From Lama guanicoe (taxonomy: Eukaryota), in the NCBI GenBank assembly GCA_013239625.1, contig MU054132.1:434001-498000 (forward strand): a stretch of 64,000 bases of DNA, in the 5' to 3' direction. Below, in pieces: positions 27,158 through 40,134 of this stretch (position 1 is its first letter; the number at the start of each line of letters is the position of its first letter). The position numbers were made by a program, and so were the translations under genes. The notes below the pieces were generated by a model, which ran no database searches, had not been told where the DNA came from, and saw only the letters and a program-made list of their open reading frames with translations.

Positions 27158-29741
27158 TAAGGAATCTGGTCAAGATGGTGGAGTAGTAGGACCATGAGCT
27201 CACCTCTCTTTGCAACTACAAACCTACATCTGACTGCTAAACAACTATCATAAAAAAAGACTGGAACCTAGCAAAAAAGATCTTCTTTAACTGGAAACAT
27301 AAAGAGGGAACCACAGCGGGATGGTAGGAGGGGGCCCTGAGTGGGCCACCCATAAGCTGAAGAATAATTAGGTCGTAGAGGCCCTCCCACAGGAATGAGA
27401 GTTCTGAGCTGCAGAACTCAGGCTCCCCAGTCCAGGGTTCTGACATTGGGAGGAGGAGACTTCAGAACATCTGGTTTTGAAGGCCAGTGGGGCTGAACTC
27501 CAGGAGCCCCACAGGACTGGGAGAAACAGAGACTTCACTCTCTTGGTAAGCACACACAGAATCTCGCTCATACTGGGTCCAAGGGCAGACACTGATTTCA
27601 CAGGAACCTGGGCCAGACCTGCCTGCTGGTTTTGGAAGGTCTCTAGGGGAGGTAAGGGGTGGCTGTGGCTCACCCTAGGGACATAAAAGCTGAGGGAGTG
27701 TTCATCTACATGAGCTTTCCTGGAGACTGACATCTTCCTTGGGTCATTAGCACCAAGACCTAGCCCCGCCCAACAGCCTAAATAGGCTTAAGTGATGGGA
27801 TGCCTCAGGCCAAAAACATGCTGGGTGGGAACACAGCCCCACCCATTAGCAGACTTCCTGAGCCACAACAACCTCTAGATATCCCCTAGACATGGCCTTA
27901 GCCACCAGAGGATCAAGACCAAGCTCCACCCAGCAGTGGGCAGGCACCTCCTGCCAGGAAACCTGCATAAGCCTCTAGTCCAGCCTCATCCACCCAGGGG
28001 GCTGATACCAGAAGTAAGAAAACAAAAATCCAGAAAACACAGGCCAGACTCTACCCTGGGACCAGCTGGATCCTGGTCCTTGGGTGACAAGAGAGGAGCA
28101 GGAGCATACTGCTGGGATGCATAGGATGTCTCCCACAGACGGCTACTTCTCCAAAGTCGAGAAACATAACTAACCTACCTAAAAATACAAATAGAAATCT
28201 AGACAACATAAGGTGGCAGAAGAACATCTTCCAGGCCAAGGCACAAGATAAAATTCCTGAAGAAATAAGTGATGAGGAGATAGGCAATCTATACAAGAAA
28301 GAGTTTAGAGTAATGATGATGAAGGTGTTAAGAGAACTCAGGAGTACAGATGCGTAAGAGGAAGTTTTTAGCAAAGAGTTAGAAAGTATACAGAATACCC
28401 AGAGTTGAAGAATACAATTACTGAAAATAATTACATTCTAGAAAGAATCAAGAATAGACCAAATGAGGCAGAAGAATGGATCGATGAGCTAGAACACAGA
28501 TTAGTGGAAATCACCACTGCAGAAGAGAAAAAAGAAAAAGAATGAAAAGAAATGAGGATAGCTTAAGAGAACTCTGGGATAACACAAAAGGCTTAAATAT
28601 TCACATTATAGAGATCCCAGAAAGAGAAGAGAGAGAGAAAGGACGTGAGAAAATATCTGAAGAGATAACAACTGAAAACTTCCCTAACTTGGGAATAGAA
28701 ATAGTCACCCAAGTCCAGAAAGCACAGAGAGTTCCACACAGGATCAACTCAAAGAGGAACACAGTGAGGCACACAGAAATGAAATTGACAAAAATTAAGG
28801 ACAAGGAGAAAATATTAAAATTAGCAAGAGAACAGTAACAAATAACGTACAAGGGAACTGCCATAAGGTTATCAGCTGATTTTTCAGCAGAAACTCTACA
28901 GGCCAGAAGGGAGTGGCACGATATATTTAAAGTGATGAAAGGGAAAAATGTACAACCAAGAATACTCTATCCAGCAAGGCTCTCAGAGTTGATGGAGAAA
29001 TCAAAAGTTCACAGATAAACAAAAGCCAAAAGAATTCAACACCATCAAACTAACTTTACAACAAATGTTAAAGGAACTTCTTTAGTCATCAAATCACCAG
29101 AAAAGAGATACACACACCCCAACGTTCACATCAACACTACTGACAATAGCCAAGACATAGAAGCAACCTAAATGTCCATTGACAGATGACCAGATAAAGA
29201 GCTTGTGGTGTGTGTGTATGTATATGTGTGTGTGTGCATATGTATATATATATATACATATGCACACACACAATGGAATACTACTCAGACATAAAAAAAT
29301 AAAATGGCATTTGCAGCAACATGGATGGATCTGGAGATAGTTATACTCCAGAAAGTGAAAGAAAAATACAATATTATATCACTTATACGTGGAATCTTTA
29401 AAAAAAAAAAGACACAAATGAATTTATTTACAAAACAAAGACAGACCCATAGACAGAGAAAACAAACTTACGGTTATGAGGTGGGGGTTGGGGGGTGGGG
29501 AGATTGGGAATTTGGAGTTCAGGATTTGCAGATACTAACTACTATATATAAAATAGATAAGCAACAAGGACCTACTGTATAGCACAGGGAACTATATTCA
29601 ATATCTTGTAGTAACCTCTAATGAGAAAGAATATGAAAAGGAATATATATATGTATAAGTGAATCACTCTTCCGTACACAAGAAACTAACACAACAGTGT
29701 ACATAGACTATACTTCAATTACTTCAATTATACATATTTTT
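27158..29741 (+). mobile_element. L1-derived element: 5'UTR, decayed ORF1, extreme ORF2 end and 3'UTR (HAL1-like or internally deleted L1)
   Basis: Starts caagatggtggagtag; ORF 28542..28838 (MKRNEDSLRELWDNTKGLNIHIIEIPE...QVQKAQRVPHRIN) is L1 ORF1p; TSD aaaat(a/g)atcaatga at 27144-27157 and 29742-29755. Confidence 0.85.
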
Positions 29742-30003
29742 AAAATGATCAATGAATTTCAACAAGATTGGGAAAAAAAATCCTCATATTAAAATCAGGG
29801 TAGTGATACTGTGGAACACTAAACAAAAAGGAAACATCTTAAAAGCAGCCCAGGAGAAAAGTTAGGTTTTTAACAGAGAACAACAAGTATATCAATAAGT
29901 TTCGGGAGAGAAATAAGGGAGGTCAGACGACTGAAGAATAACAACTTCAAAGTGTTGAGAAAAACTGTTAAGCCAGAAAAATTTCCTTTCAAAAATGAGA
30001 GTA

Positions 30004-30093
30004 GAGAGATGGGTATAATAGCTCAGTGGCAGAGTGTGAGCTTAGTATGCACGAGGTCCTGGGTTCAATTTCCAGTACCTCCATTAAAAAAAA
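30004..30093 (+). mobile_element. tRNA-derived SINE (Vic-1 type)
   Basis: tagctcagtggcagag...gcacgaggtcctgggttcaatttccagtacctcc plus poly(A); TSD aaaaatgagagta. Confidence 0.88.
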
Positions 30094-30106
30094 AAAAATG
30101 AGAGTA

Positions 30107-32440
30107 AATGTTCACATGAAGACTTGTTCATAGCCAGTAATATTCACAAGAGTCATCAGGAAACAATAGAAATGCCTATCAACTAATGCATTTACAAACA
30201 AACAATGGTATATCCATACAATGGACTACTCGTAAAAAAGAAGTGCTAAGACACATAATAACATGGATGAATATCTCAATGCAACATGCTAAGTGAAAGA
30301 AGACAGAATATACTGTATGATACCATTTTTATGACATTCTGGAAAAGATGAAACCACAGTCAGAAAGGAGATCAGTGGTTGTGAGGGTTTATAAAAGGAG
30401 GGGACTGACTACAAAGGGGTACAAGATAAACTTTTGAGTTGATGAAATGTTTTATATCATTACTGTGGTTGTGGTTACACAACTGTACGCATTTGACAAA
30501 ATTCATTGAACAATACACTTAAAACTGTGAACTTTAAGTAATTTATATCTGTTGATTAAATAAAGCTGATTTTTAAAAGTGAGGATGAGCAATGCAAATG
30601 AAAAAATGAAGATTTTTTAGACAAAAAATGAATTATGAGCAGAAACTCACTAAAATAAACCTTTTAAAAGAAAATTCGAGATAAGGAGAACGAACTGGTA
30701 AATGTAAACAAACTAAAAAAATAAGGTGGTGTACATAAAAAATTCATAATTAATGGAGAGAGAGAAGGAATTATAATACTGGATAATAATACTATATAAA
30801 TTGGGAAGGCTGATGATACAGAGTTAATGTATCCTACTTAAGTTGTTCAGGATATTGATCAGCTTTAATTTTTATTAAATTGAAACAACCAGCTAAAGAA
30901 TTGCCACAAAGGATTAAAAAAACCCAATCAGCTATAAGCTATTTATTAGACACAGAAAAGTTGAAGTAAAAGGAAGAAAGATATACCAGTTAAATCCTAC
31001 CAAAAGGAAGATAAGCATATTTCTATTAATATCAAACAAGAGAGACTATACACCAAGTTTCAATAAAATTCTAAGAACTGTTATCATACAGACCAATTAA
31101 AGCACGTAAGTTGGAAATTTAACAAAAAGAAATCTAAACACACACTGCATATCATAATAGTGTTTAAAACTAGATTAGGATGAAACTGCATTAATAAAAA
31201 AGTAGTTCAAAGTACTTACAGGGAATTTAAATCCTTAAATACTTTCATTAGAAGAGAAAAATTAATGAGCAAAGAATACCAATATTCCAATTAAGAAAAT
31301 TTTAAGAAGTAATAAACCTAAAAAAATGGAAGGAAATGAAACATGAGTAGAAATCAATTACCAAGACAGAAAATGCTATGATTTGCATTGGAGGTATCGC
31401 TAGCAAAATAACATAAGACACAAGGATTAGAAAGGAAAGCCAGAACAAATTCATATGAAATGGACTGTTGACAAAGACAAAAATAATTGTAATATTAAAG
31501 AAAAGAAAAAAGAAAAACAAAAACGACAAAAAAAGAAAGGGGTAAAGCAAAAAACCCTACACTCTTGAAATTAATAGGAGTTTTGTATGGCTGACAAACA
31601 TAAAATCAATTATGTAAAAGTCAACTGCATATCTAAACACCAAAAACAAACTGAATATGTAACAAAAGTTAAGGTTCTCAGAAATAAATACACCAAAAGA
31701 TATACAAGTTCTTCTGGAGAAAACCATAACAATTCAGGAAATTAATAATAAAAAAAAACTATCTTCATTAAAAATAGTAAAGAAGACCTAATTAGGCAGA
31801 GAATATTCAAATACTCAAAGCAGATTCTAAGGAAGAAATCTGAGAGAAGACTGACATCCTAGAAGATCAAGTAGTGATCTGCCCTACCTGCTACCAAGAC
31901 TAGTAATAAGACAGTCATATGAGCCCAGAAACAGATCCTCCCGTATGTGAAAACTTGTTGAAGACAGGTAGCACTGACTGAAATCAACAGAGAAAGGAGG
32001 GGCTTTCTAGTAAACGATGATAGGACAACTGGGTACTCACTTAGAAAAAAGTGAAACCAGATTCCTACCTTAAAACATAAACAAAAATTAATTCCCAATG
32101 GATTAAGGACTTAAATCTCATTAAAAAAAATGCACACACATATCACCATCTCAAGAGTAGGGAAGAATTTCTTAAAACACTGTAAGCACTAACCATAAAG
32201 GAAACACACAATATATATGATACATTCAATCACACCATAATTAATAAATCCTGTATATCAAAAGATACAAAGAACCAAAACACAAGTCACAAATTGGGGG
32301 AAAAAAATGACAAGATGTTCAATCTAATTAGTAATTAGAGAAAAGCAAATTCAAATCATGAATTACTATTACATACCCAGACAGCCCAAAATTAACAACT
32401 GCACTATATGAATGCTATGTATCAATTTTTCAAAAAGTAG
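30107..32440 (+). mobile_element. Cluster of old fragmented L1M pieces
   Basis: L1 3'UTR motifs at about 30110-30575 and degenerate A-rich ORF2-like segments (gagcccagaaacagatcc, aattaattcccaatggattaaggacttaaat). Confidence 0.6.
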
Positions 32441-32913
32441 ATTTAACTTAAAAAGAACATCTCTGGAACAAATGTTTTCTAGTCCCCAGCAGGTGATTAT
32501 GTGGTCTGTTTTCTGCCAGCATGATGAAGACAGCCTCTGACACAGGGATTAATCAACATTTTGAAGTGGTATGGGACAAGATTTAGTAGAAAACAATGTT
32601 CTAAGACATAGGAAGAATTACCATTATCTTTGAAGGATTATCTCCCCTTTAAAGAACAAATCTTTGGCTCTTCAAACAGCATTTAAATGTTATGAAGTAG
32701 AAACCATTCAAGTATCAAAAATCTATTAGTCTTCACAGCTACTATTACTGTCAAAAGAGACTCTGTCTCAATATTTATCAGTAGAGTTTTAATATTCACT
32801 CATCAAGAGAACATGTTTACTCCAAAAGCTTGTGGTGTCCAAAATCAGAAGTATATCACCTGGGTACTTTCTGACTTCCTCAGAAAAGAGAGTAACTCAC
32901 ATAGGCCACTTAC

Positions 32914-33097
32914 CTGTCATCTGGCCTTTTTGTTCCCCGTTCATAGGCAGAAGAAGGTGGTGAGAGGGAGCCCCTTCGTTTCCTTTTCTCTTTACTTTGA
33001 GTTTGTTTGTCTGGGTCTCTCTCTCTTGATCTGTTAGGAGTCTTTGGGGCAACTGTTTGATCTCTGAAGCCAACAGCATCCCTTCCTCGTTCAGATA
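32914..33097 (-). CDS. SETD2: SETD2 coding exon (exon 14 equivalent, 184 nt)
   Basis: Inside ORF 32910..33146: SERGRDAVGFRDQTVAPKTPNRSRERDPDKQTQSKEKRKRRGSLSPPSSAYERGTKRPDD(R); acceptor cccttag|, donor AG|gtaagt. Confidence 0.97.
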
Positions 33098-35113
33098 CTA
33101 AGGGAAAAGGGTTTTTAAAAAATTTACTTGCTACATTTTTCTCCATTATGATTAGTGTATCAGCTATAGAATAAAATTTCTACCCAACTAATAGTTCTAT
33201 GGACTCCTCCTTCATGTACCCAGTCCTGAATTTGGTCTTGTGTGCTTGTGCACTCTACTTCTTGAAAGTCTCTTCCGTCAATGCCCTTCTCTACCTTTCT
33301 CCACCAAAGTCTCAGTCCAAGCCTTCATCATTTCTAACAAGTTCTGTGGAACACATGCTCTCAATATGTTCCTGTAAGGCAGTCTGTTTGTCAGTTCAAA
33401 ATGTAAAAGCCTACCACTGCCCCTGTAACTCTGCGTATCTACAATTTGTAGAAGAGCACACTGGCATGCTAAGCATAAAAACCTCAATTAAGAAAAGTCT
33501 CTTAAAAAAAAAGGATTAGACAACTTTCTACAAACCATAATTTCAAAAGACAAATATTTCAAATGTAGGTGATAATCAGTGATTATTCAGGAAATTATCA
33601 GAGAGCTGTATCTTCAAAAACAAGAATGCCAGCTTTCTATTCAAGATAGTAGTTAACCTTTTCCAGTCTATTTACCTAGATGATTCTCATTTATGTTATC
33701 CTCACCCAATTCCACTGCCACCGCTCCCAAAAGTTGTCCTAAATACTACTTTCCACCTATCGTGCCACCAAGTCTCTCATTTTCCTAAGAAGTCTAAATC
33801 CCCCCAGTTAACATTTCAATACAAATTGACTGGTATTACACGCTGCTGCTTTGTGTATATTAGTACTGCTACCTGACTAATTATATACTGCCTCTTCATG
33901 AGGAGAGAATTTCTTATAAAATATCTGTCACAGCCAAAGTAGATTCTCAATAAACATTAATTGTATTTTTTCCTTCTCATCTCAGAAAAACATGCTATCA
34001 GTTTTTTTCCTGAGCATCAGGGTCAGGTTTGCAAATACCATTCTCATAGTTCTTTTAGATGGCCTAAAACTCCACTTATTTACCAAACAGTTACATACAC
34101 ACAGCCATGTATGAGGATTTATCAGTGAGAAGATAACAGAACTAACTCATCTCATACCACATGCTGACAGAAAATGCTGTACAATTAAATGCAAACTGTT
34201 CAGCTCACAACGTATTAGTACAACATCCTTCCATGAAGTATTATTATCTAGTTTCATCTGGATCTGCCCATGACTACTCTATTTCCTCCTTCAAACCCAG
34301 GTTCATTGCCCTGGTATCAATTTCCTTAAAATGTGACAATTCTTTCACTATATCTTGGTAAAATTAAAAAAAAAAAAAAGGAATTATTCCAACAGTTTAT
34401 ATTCTGGTTCTGCTTCTCAGAATATGTGAGGCAAAAAAAATCATCTCATTTATTCAGGCCTAATTTCTCATATTATAAAATGAAAATAAAGCTAGACTAC
34501 ATATTTCCCAAAGTATTTCACAATTCTTATGAATTTTGAAAGTTCTAAGCTTTTTAACTGCATGACATTGAGGGGTAACAGAAGTCAGGCCTGCATTATA
34601 AGCATTTCTTAAATCTAAAAGTCTGAGATGGGGGGGTTCCATATGTGAAGCTGAGACTAAAGTTGGCACACAAACAGCTGCTCCCTGAAAAGATTATAGC
34701 TGTCCATTACAGACCATGCCCCACATCTGTCAGAAGGCCATACAGATATTTGCAAAATACTGGGGGAGGGGCCTGGTAGGTATTTAAGCTTTGCCTGTCT
34801 TGCTAATGATTTCAACTCAGTGGGCCCAGAGAAGCTAGCCTCTGATGATCAACATTATATAGTGGTGTCACTAGTTTCTGCCAACCAGTCCCTCTCAATC
34901 ATGCATGCCTGCTTTCTTATGAGAAGAATTCTTTGTGGCACTAAAGCAGGATATCTAGCTATGAAGAGACTAAACCAGTAGAATTAAAAATATCCAAAAG
35001 ATAAAACAATGATGTAAAGAACACTTTATAGGGCTTTAACCAGTAAGGTTATTTAACTAGTAAGATTTAAGATATGAAAAGCTCTTCATGTAAAAAATAA
35101 AGAAAAAGACCAA

Positions 35114-35151
35114 AAACATGATTATTCTGTCTAAACATGATTATTCTGTCT
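35114..35151. repeat. Perfect 19-bp tandem duplication
   Basis: aaacatgattattctgtct twice in tandem. Confidence 0.9.
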
Positions 35152-35740
35152 CCTTCACCCTATATTGTGTCAGTGCTGGAAGGGCACAAGAGACAGACAA
35201 TAGCCAAGATAACTGATTCCATTGCTTTAATCTCAAAAGAAGTATGCTGGAAACCTAACTAAGTGGTAAAGCCCAGAAAACAGACTGCAATGGTCTCATT
35301 ATTTGTTCTGTAATTATGACTCTTCACCTTTTGAGGGGCACTGACTCCTTGAGAATCTGATGCAACTTTTGAATTTTCCCCAGAAAAAAGTATGTATACC
35401 AAGGATGTTGCATACAACCATCTACAGGGAAATAGTTTACAGACTTCTAGGAGTGCGGGTTTAAGAAAGTCTGCTCTAGAGAAACGAATGACAGAAAAAA
35501 CTACTAAAAGACCATGACTTCAAGGAAAGCAACAACACAGGTAAAGGGACATCTCCTTTGACAAAAATCTACTAAGAAAGAATAAAAGTGCATGTTTTCA
35601 AACTTACACCAAATTTTCACTTACTTAATTACATATTATCTAGTTTCAAAACAAAATAGCTGAAGTCCTTATGTTACCTCTGCATATTTCTAAAACAATA
35701 TTTGTAAAGCCATATACATAAAGTATCTCTGAATACCTAC

Positions 35741-35789
35741 TTGTGTTCTCCTTTTCAGTTTGACTTTTCTTTGGAATTCGATATACCTC
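35741..35789 (-). CDS. SETD2: SETD2 coding exon (exon 13 equivalent, 49 nt)
   Basis: tttttttcag|GAG GTA TAT CGA ATT CCA AAG = EVYRIPKKSQTEKENT; donor A|gtaggt. Confidence 0.96.
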
Positions 35790-36898
35790 CTGAAAAAAAT
35801 AAACCACAAGAAGGATTATTAGTGTAGAGAGGAAGTGATGATTGCTTTGAAGCTGAATGATTTCACATGGCAACAAAGAAATGCAAAGGAACAGTCTGGT
35901 ATTTAATTATTCTCCAAAATTTGTCTTCTATTTGGCTTTAGATAACAACAGATTCTGTTTCCTTAAAAACAAGTAAAAACATAGCACAAACACACACATT
36001 TTTAAAAGTCTACCAGGCTTGTATGATCACATTACATTAGCCAAGTAGCATACTAAGTAACTAGAGCATTTTATTTCTGGCAGGAACACATCTCCTGATC
36101 ATCTTAATTTCCACATGCCTTCGGCATATAAAATGAAGTTGTCTATAGTGCCTTAACTGAGAGCCTTCACACAAACAATTCTAACATCTCACTTGCCATC
36201 CCCACTTAACAGAAGAAAGGTTAGTAATAACTCAGCTATATAAAAACACTTCAGAAATATTTCATGTGTAAAGACAAAATCCTGCTATTCAGCATATTTT
36301 TCTGTAAGTACAAAACCAACTTGGCTAATGGTCAAATGTAATATCTACTTTTATACTGCTATTGTTATTTTAAAAAATGAAAAATAAGTATTAGATCATT
36401 GTTGCTCCTCAAATACCATCTAATACTCTACTAAAACCGTTCTTGAGAAATGTAAACTATGTTTTTAAGCCTTGAGGTATCTTTTCTTGCTGTATGAATC
36501 TAAAGCCTAGAAATGATTGTTTCCTGACAATCCCTCACTGTTCTAGTCCATCAAGTAGCTCTTGGGCACACACTTACTTATCCAGTCACCTGGTTGAGTA
36601 TACAGATGGCAAACCCACACATTCTCAATGGTACATCATATGAAACCCTTCCTTTAGAGTAATCTCATAATATTGATCACACCTATATGACTCAGTAATC
36701 CATTTTTAAGGAACTATAGTCCAAGAAAATCAAAGAACTCTTCTTTCCACATGATTGCTGGTCCTAGCAACAATTGTGGAAAATGAAATAACCCATACAT
36801 CATACAACTGAGGAAAGGTCAAGATGTAATATTCAGTTGTCATTAAAAATGACAAATGTAGACTACAGATACAGGGCAATCTATATGAATATAGATTT

Positions 36899-37395
36899 AA
36901 GATGTCCATCAACAGACAACTGGATGAAGATGTGGAATATACACACAACAGACTACATAGCCATAAAAAAGAATAAAATAATGCCATCTGCAGCAACATG
37001 GATGGACCTGAAGACTGTCATACACAGTGAAGCCAAAAAGAGAAAAAACAAAATACCGTTATCACTTACATGTAGAATCTTAAAAAAAGAGACAAATGAA
37101 CTTATATACAAAACAGAAACAGACTCACTGACATAGAAATCAAAATTGTGGTTACCAGGGGGGGAAGGGGGAAGGTAGAGGGATAAATTGGGAGTTTGAG
37201 ATTTGCAGATACTAACTACTACATATAAAACAGATAAACAGCAAGGTCCTACTATATAGCAGAGAACTATTTCCAATACCCTATAATAGGCTGTAATGAA
37301 AAAGAATATATATATAACTGAATCACTATCCTGTACACCAGGAATTAATACAAAATTGTAAACTGACTATACTTCAATTTAAAAAAATTAAAAAT
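36899..37395 (+). mobile_element. 5'-truncated lineage-specific L1 (ORF2 end plus 3'UTR)
   Basis: ORF 36837..37136 includes AIKKNKIMPSAATWMDL; A-rich tail; TSD tgaata(t/c)agattt at 36886-36898 and 37396-37408; similar to 29170-29720. Confidence 0.88.
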
Positions 37396-37469
37396 TGAAT
37401 ACAGATTTTTAAAAATCCTTCAATACTCCATGCATGCTGATAAATTATCTAATAAAGATAATGATTGTT

Positions 37470-37650
37470 ATAATTAAATGTGCACTTATCCTGCATGCCA
37501 GGTATTATGCTAAGCATTTCAAGTGCATTATCTTATTTAAGTTTCACAAAAACCCATTGAAATCATTATCTCCACTTTACAAATGGGAAAACTTACTTAA
37601 AAAGCTTAGCAACTTGCCCAAGGTTATGATGCTATCAGATGGTCTGACTT
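37470..37650. mobile_element. MIR SINE remnant
   Basis: tgccaggtattatgctaagcatttc...ccactttacaaatgggaaaact...gcaacttgcccaaggtta is the MIR core pattern. Confidence 0.7.
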
Positions 37651-37787
37651 CAGAGTACTTTTATCAACTGTACTAGATGACACAGTAGCATTATTTTGGG
37701 AAAGAGTACCATTTTGGGGATTTATGCACAAATGTAGGTGGCATCCTCCATCCTAGCCTCTCTTTCCTATGTAGGATTTCCATTAGA

Positions 37788-37950
37788 GTTGTGATTTTCA
37801 ACTCTGGCTGCACAATTAAACCACTCCAGGAAACTTTTATAGAAATACTATCCCAGACAAAATATATCTAAAAGTTGGGCATGGGTCCCAAGCATTTTTT
37901 TTTAAAGCTCCCAGATGATCCTGATATCCAGGGAAGGTTGAGAACCAGTG
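37788..37950. mobile_element. MER5-like hAT transposon remnant
   Basis: gtgattttcaactctggctgcaca...aaagctcccagatgatcctgat...ggttgagaaccagtg. Confidence 0.6.
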
Positions 37951-39681
37951 AACTACCGGCTTCTCTTAACAGCCTTCACTCACTCCTCTTCACAAGGGAG
38001 AATCTGAGAGAAAGAACTATCCATGCCTGTCCTCAGAGCCATCTGGGCTCTTTCTCCTCTTGGGGTGCTTCTGCCTGCAGAGAGGATGAATTCCAATCTG
38101 TTCCTCTGAGGGATGCCTGGAGTTGTCTAACTGTTGATGTCTAGCTGTAGGTATGATGAGTCAGGGATAAAGATAGGAAGGACAAAGCTGATACTTTTAG
38201 CTCTGTCTCAATTCTCTGTCCACTCTCAGAGGGGTTACCAAACTTGGGAAAAAGAAAGAATGCCATTTATCAGCATCTACTCACACTATAGGGAAATATG
38301 TATTCTGCTAATTTTAAAAAGCTTGAAAATGACTGTTGTATTAGGTACTCTATAAACCTAGGCACTCCAAAAGATGACATGTTCATTCACAAAGGGTGCT
38401 TAAAACAGACATACTGAGGGATACATGTGTCAACTAAGAATTACATAATTTTAACCCATTTAGTTTCTTTTGCATAAGGTCTTGGCATTTTAAGTATTCA
38501 CTACAAACATTTACAGTAATTTATTTCAGACCTCAAGCTGGGGACCCATTATGTGATGGCAATTAATGTATGAGAGGAAATGCTTCTCAAAGATATATTC
38601 TTAATTCCATTCAAAAATTTAGAGCAACTGCTAAGTAGAAAACGTATTCTGATCACTTGTACATATGAAACTAATACACTGTTGTCAAATATACTTCAAA
38701 GTTTTAAAAAAGTATTCTGATGTTCACAAAATGGATACTACTGACTAGTGACCAAAAGCTATTATTAGTGTGTGCCTAACACTAATGGGAACAAGTTCTA
38801 TTAACATACACCTAAGCACTAGGAATTAAAACTTGATACTCTTCTTCATAATGTCAAAGCTGTATATAAAATACAAGCTGGAGACTCAGATTATCTACTA
38901 TGAAGCCCTAAAATGCAATAGAATTTTTCCGAAGTCCCATAAAAATGAAAACTGAGAAGAGAGCAGCCACGTAAAGATTACTGTAACACTTCTTAAGATC
39001 ATTCTGTTGTGTGAATAAATGGCAACAGTGTTAGTCTACAAGATCTGGAAGACTGTTTGGAATATCCATGTCATACCAGCAGGGCACAATATCCACTGCA
39101 GCTGGCTTCATTTACAGTAACCTTTCATCTAAAATCACTTTACTTTGTTAGGAACTCTACTCAAGAGACTGGCATATTATGAAAGAACACTGAATTGTGA
39201 GTCAAGAGACCTAAATTCTGGGACCAACACTGCCCTCGTGGGGCCTAAAGAATCTGATTTCCCACTCCACCTAATATTCTTTACAAATCACCCTGTTTTA
39301 TTTCTTTGCTGTCTTGGTGCTATTCCCAGCTAACACACAAATTCATATATACTCAAACTATAATCCTTAAAGGCCAAGATTGTCTTATTCTTTGCTGTAT
39401 CTCTAGTATTAGAACAGTGTCTGGCATATAATCAACACTCAATTACTTGCTGAATAGATCAACAAAATTTGCAGAAATCAACCACATAGTATTAAATAAG
39501 CTCAAAATATTGCGTATCTCATGCTTTTTAAAATCACTAAGCCTATTCTCTTTTATCCCTGGTAAGATTGCCGTTTACAGGCCTCATATGTAACCATAAA
39601 CATTAATGTATTTCGAGGGTCAGATTAGTAAGTGTACCTCTGCAACATTATAAACTTTTTCCAATGCTTAGAACAGCCTAC

Positions 39682-39865
39682 CCTTGGCCAATCACTCCTC
39701 TTCAGTCAACGGCTCAAAATCAATCTTCAGAAACTGATCGATACACACTGAATCACTGACTAGCTCATACAATACCAATGCAAACAACTTCCCTTTATAA
39801 GTGCTGTGTGTGGAGATGTTTTTAATTTGTGGACACAAAGACAGCCCAAGTTCTATGATGGTTAT
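39682..39865 (-). other. Candidate cassette exon of SETD2 (184 nt; 57 in-frame codons then TGA)
   Basis: Acceptor gggtttccacag|ATA ACC ATC, open in phase 0 up to TGA at 39692-39694; donor AGG|gtaggc 10 nt after the stop. Confidence 0.35.
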
Positions 39866-40086
39866 CTGTGGAAACCCGGTTTGTTCATATGTAAAGAAAA
39901 TAGATTCTAAGTAAACACATTCTTTCATGGGAAAAAAATTTACTTTTAATTATATGGTTTGTAGAATATCCATTTTTACTTAAAAAACAAACAAAAAACA
40001 TTTGAATAAGACATCTACTACTAACAGGTCATTAACGTGGGCCTAAGCTGGAATGTTTTCTTCCAACAGTTTCAAAAAGTACTCTT

Positions 40087-40134
40087 GGGGGTGGAGGGCA
40101 TAGCTCAGTGGTAGAGTGCATGCTTTGCTTGCAC
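40087..40134 (+). mobile_element. 5' half of a Vic-1 type SINE
   Basis: ggagggcatagctcagtggtagagtgcatgctttgcttgcaca, after which similarity stops. Confidence 0.75.

Noticed and set aside
28542..28838. L1 ORF1p fragment as a functional protein
   Set aside because: ORF1 is broken by stops and frameshifts on both sides, so it is a decayed copy.
32894..32913. Second donor-like motif (tat|gtgagt) 13 nt downstream of the 184-nt exon donor
   Set aside because: The proximal CAG|gtaagt is a perfect consensus and keeps the frame; nothing in the sequence shows the distal site is used.
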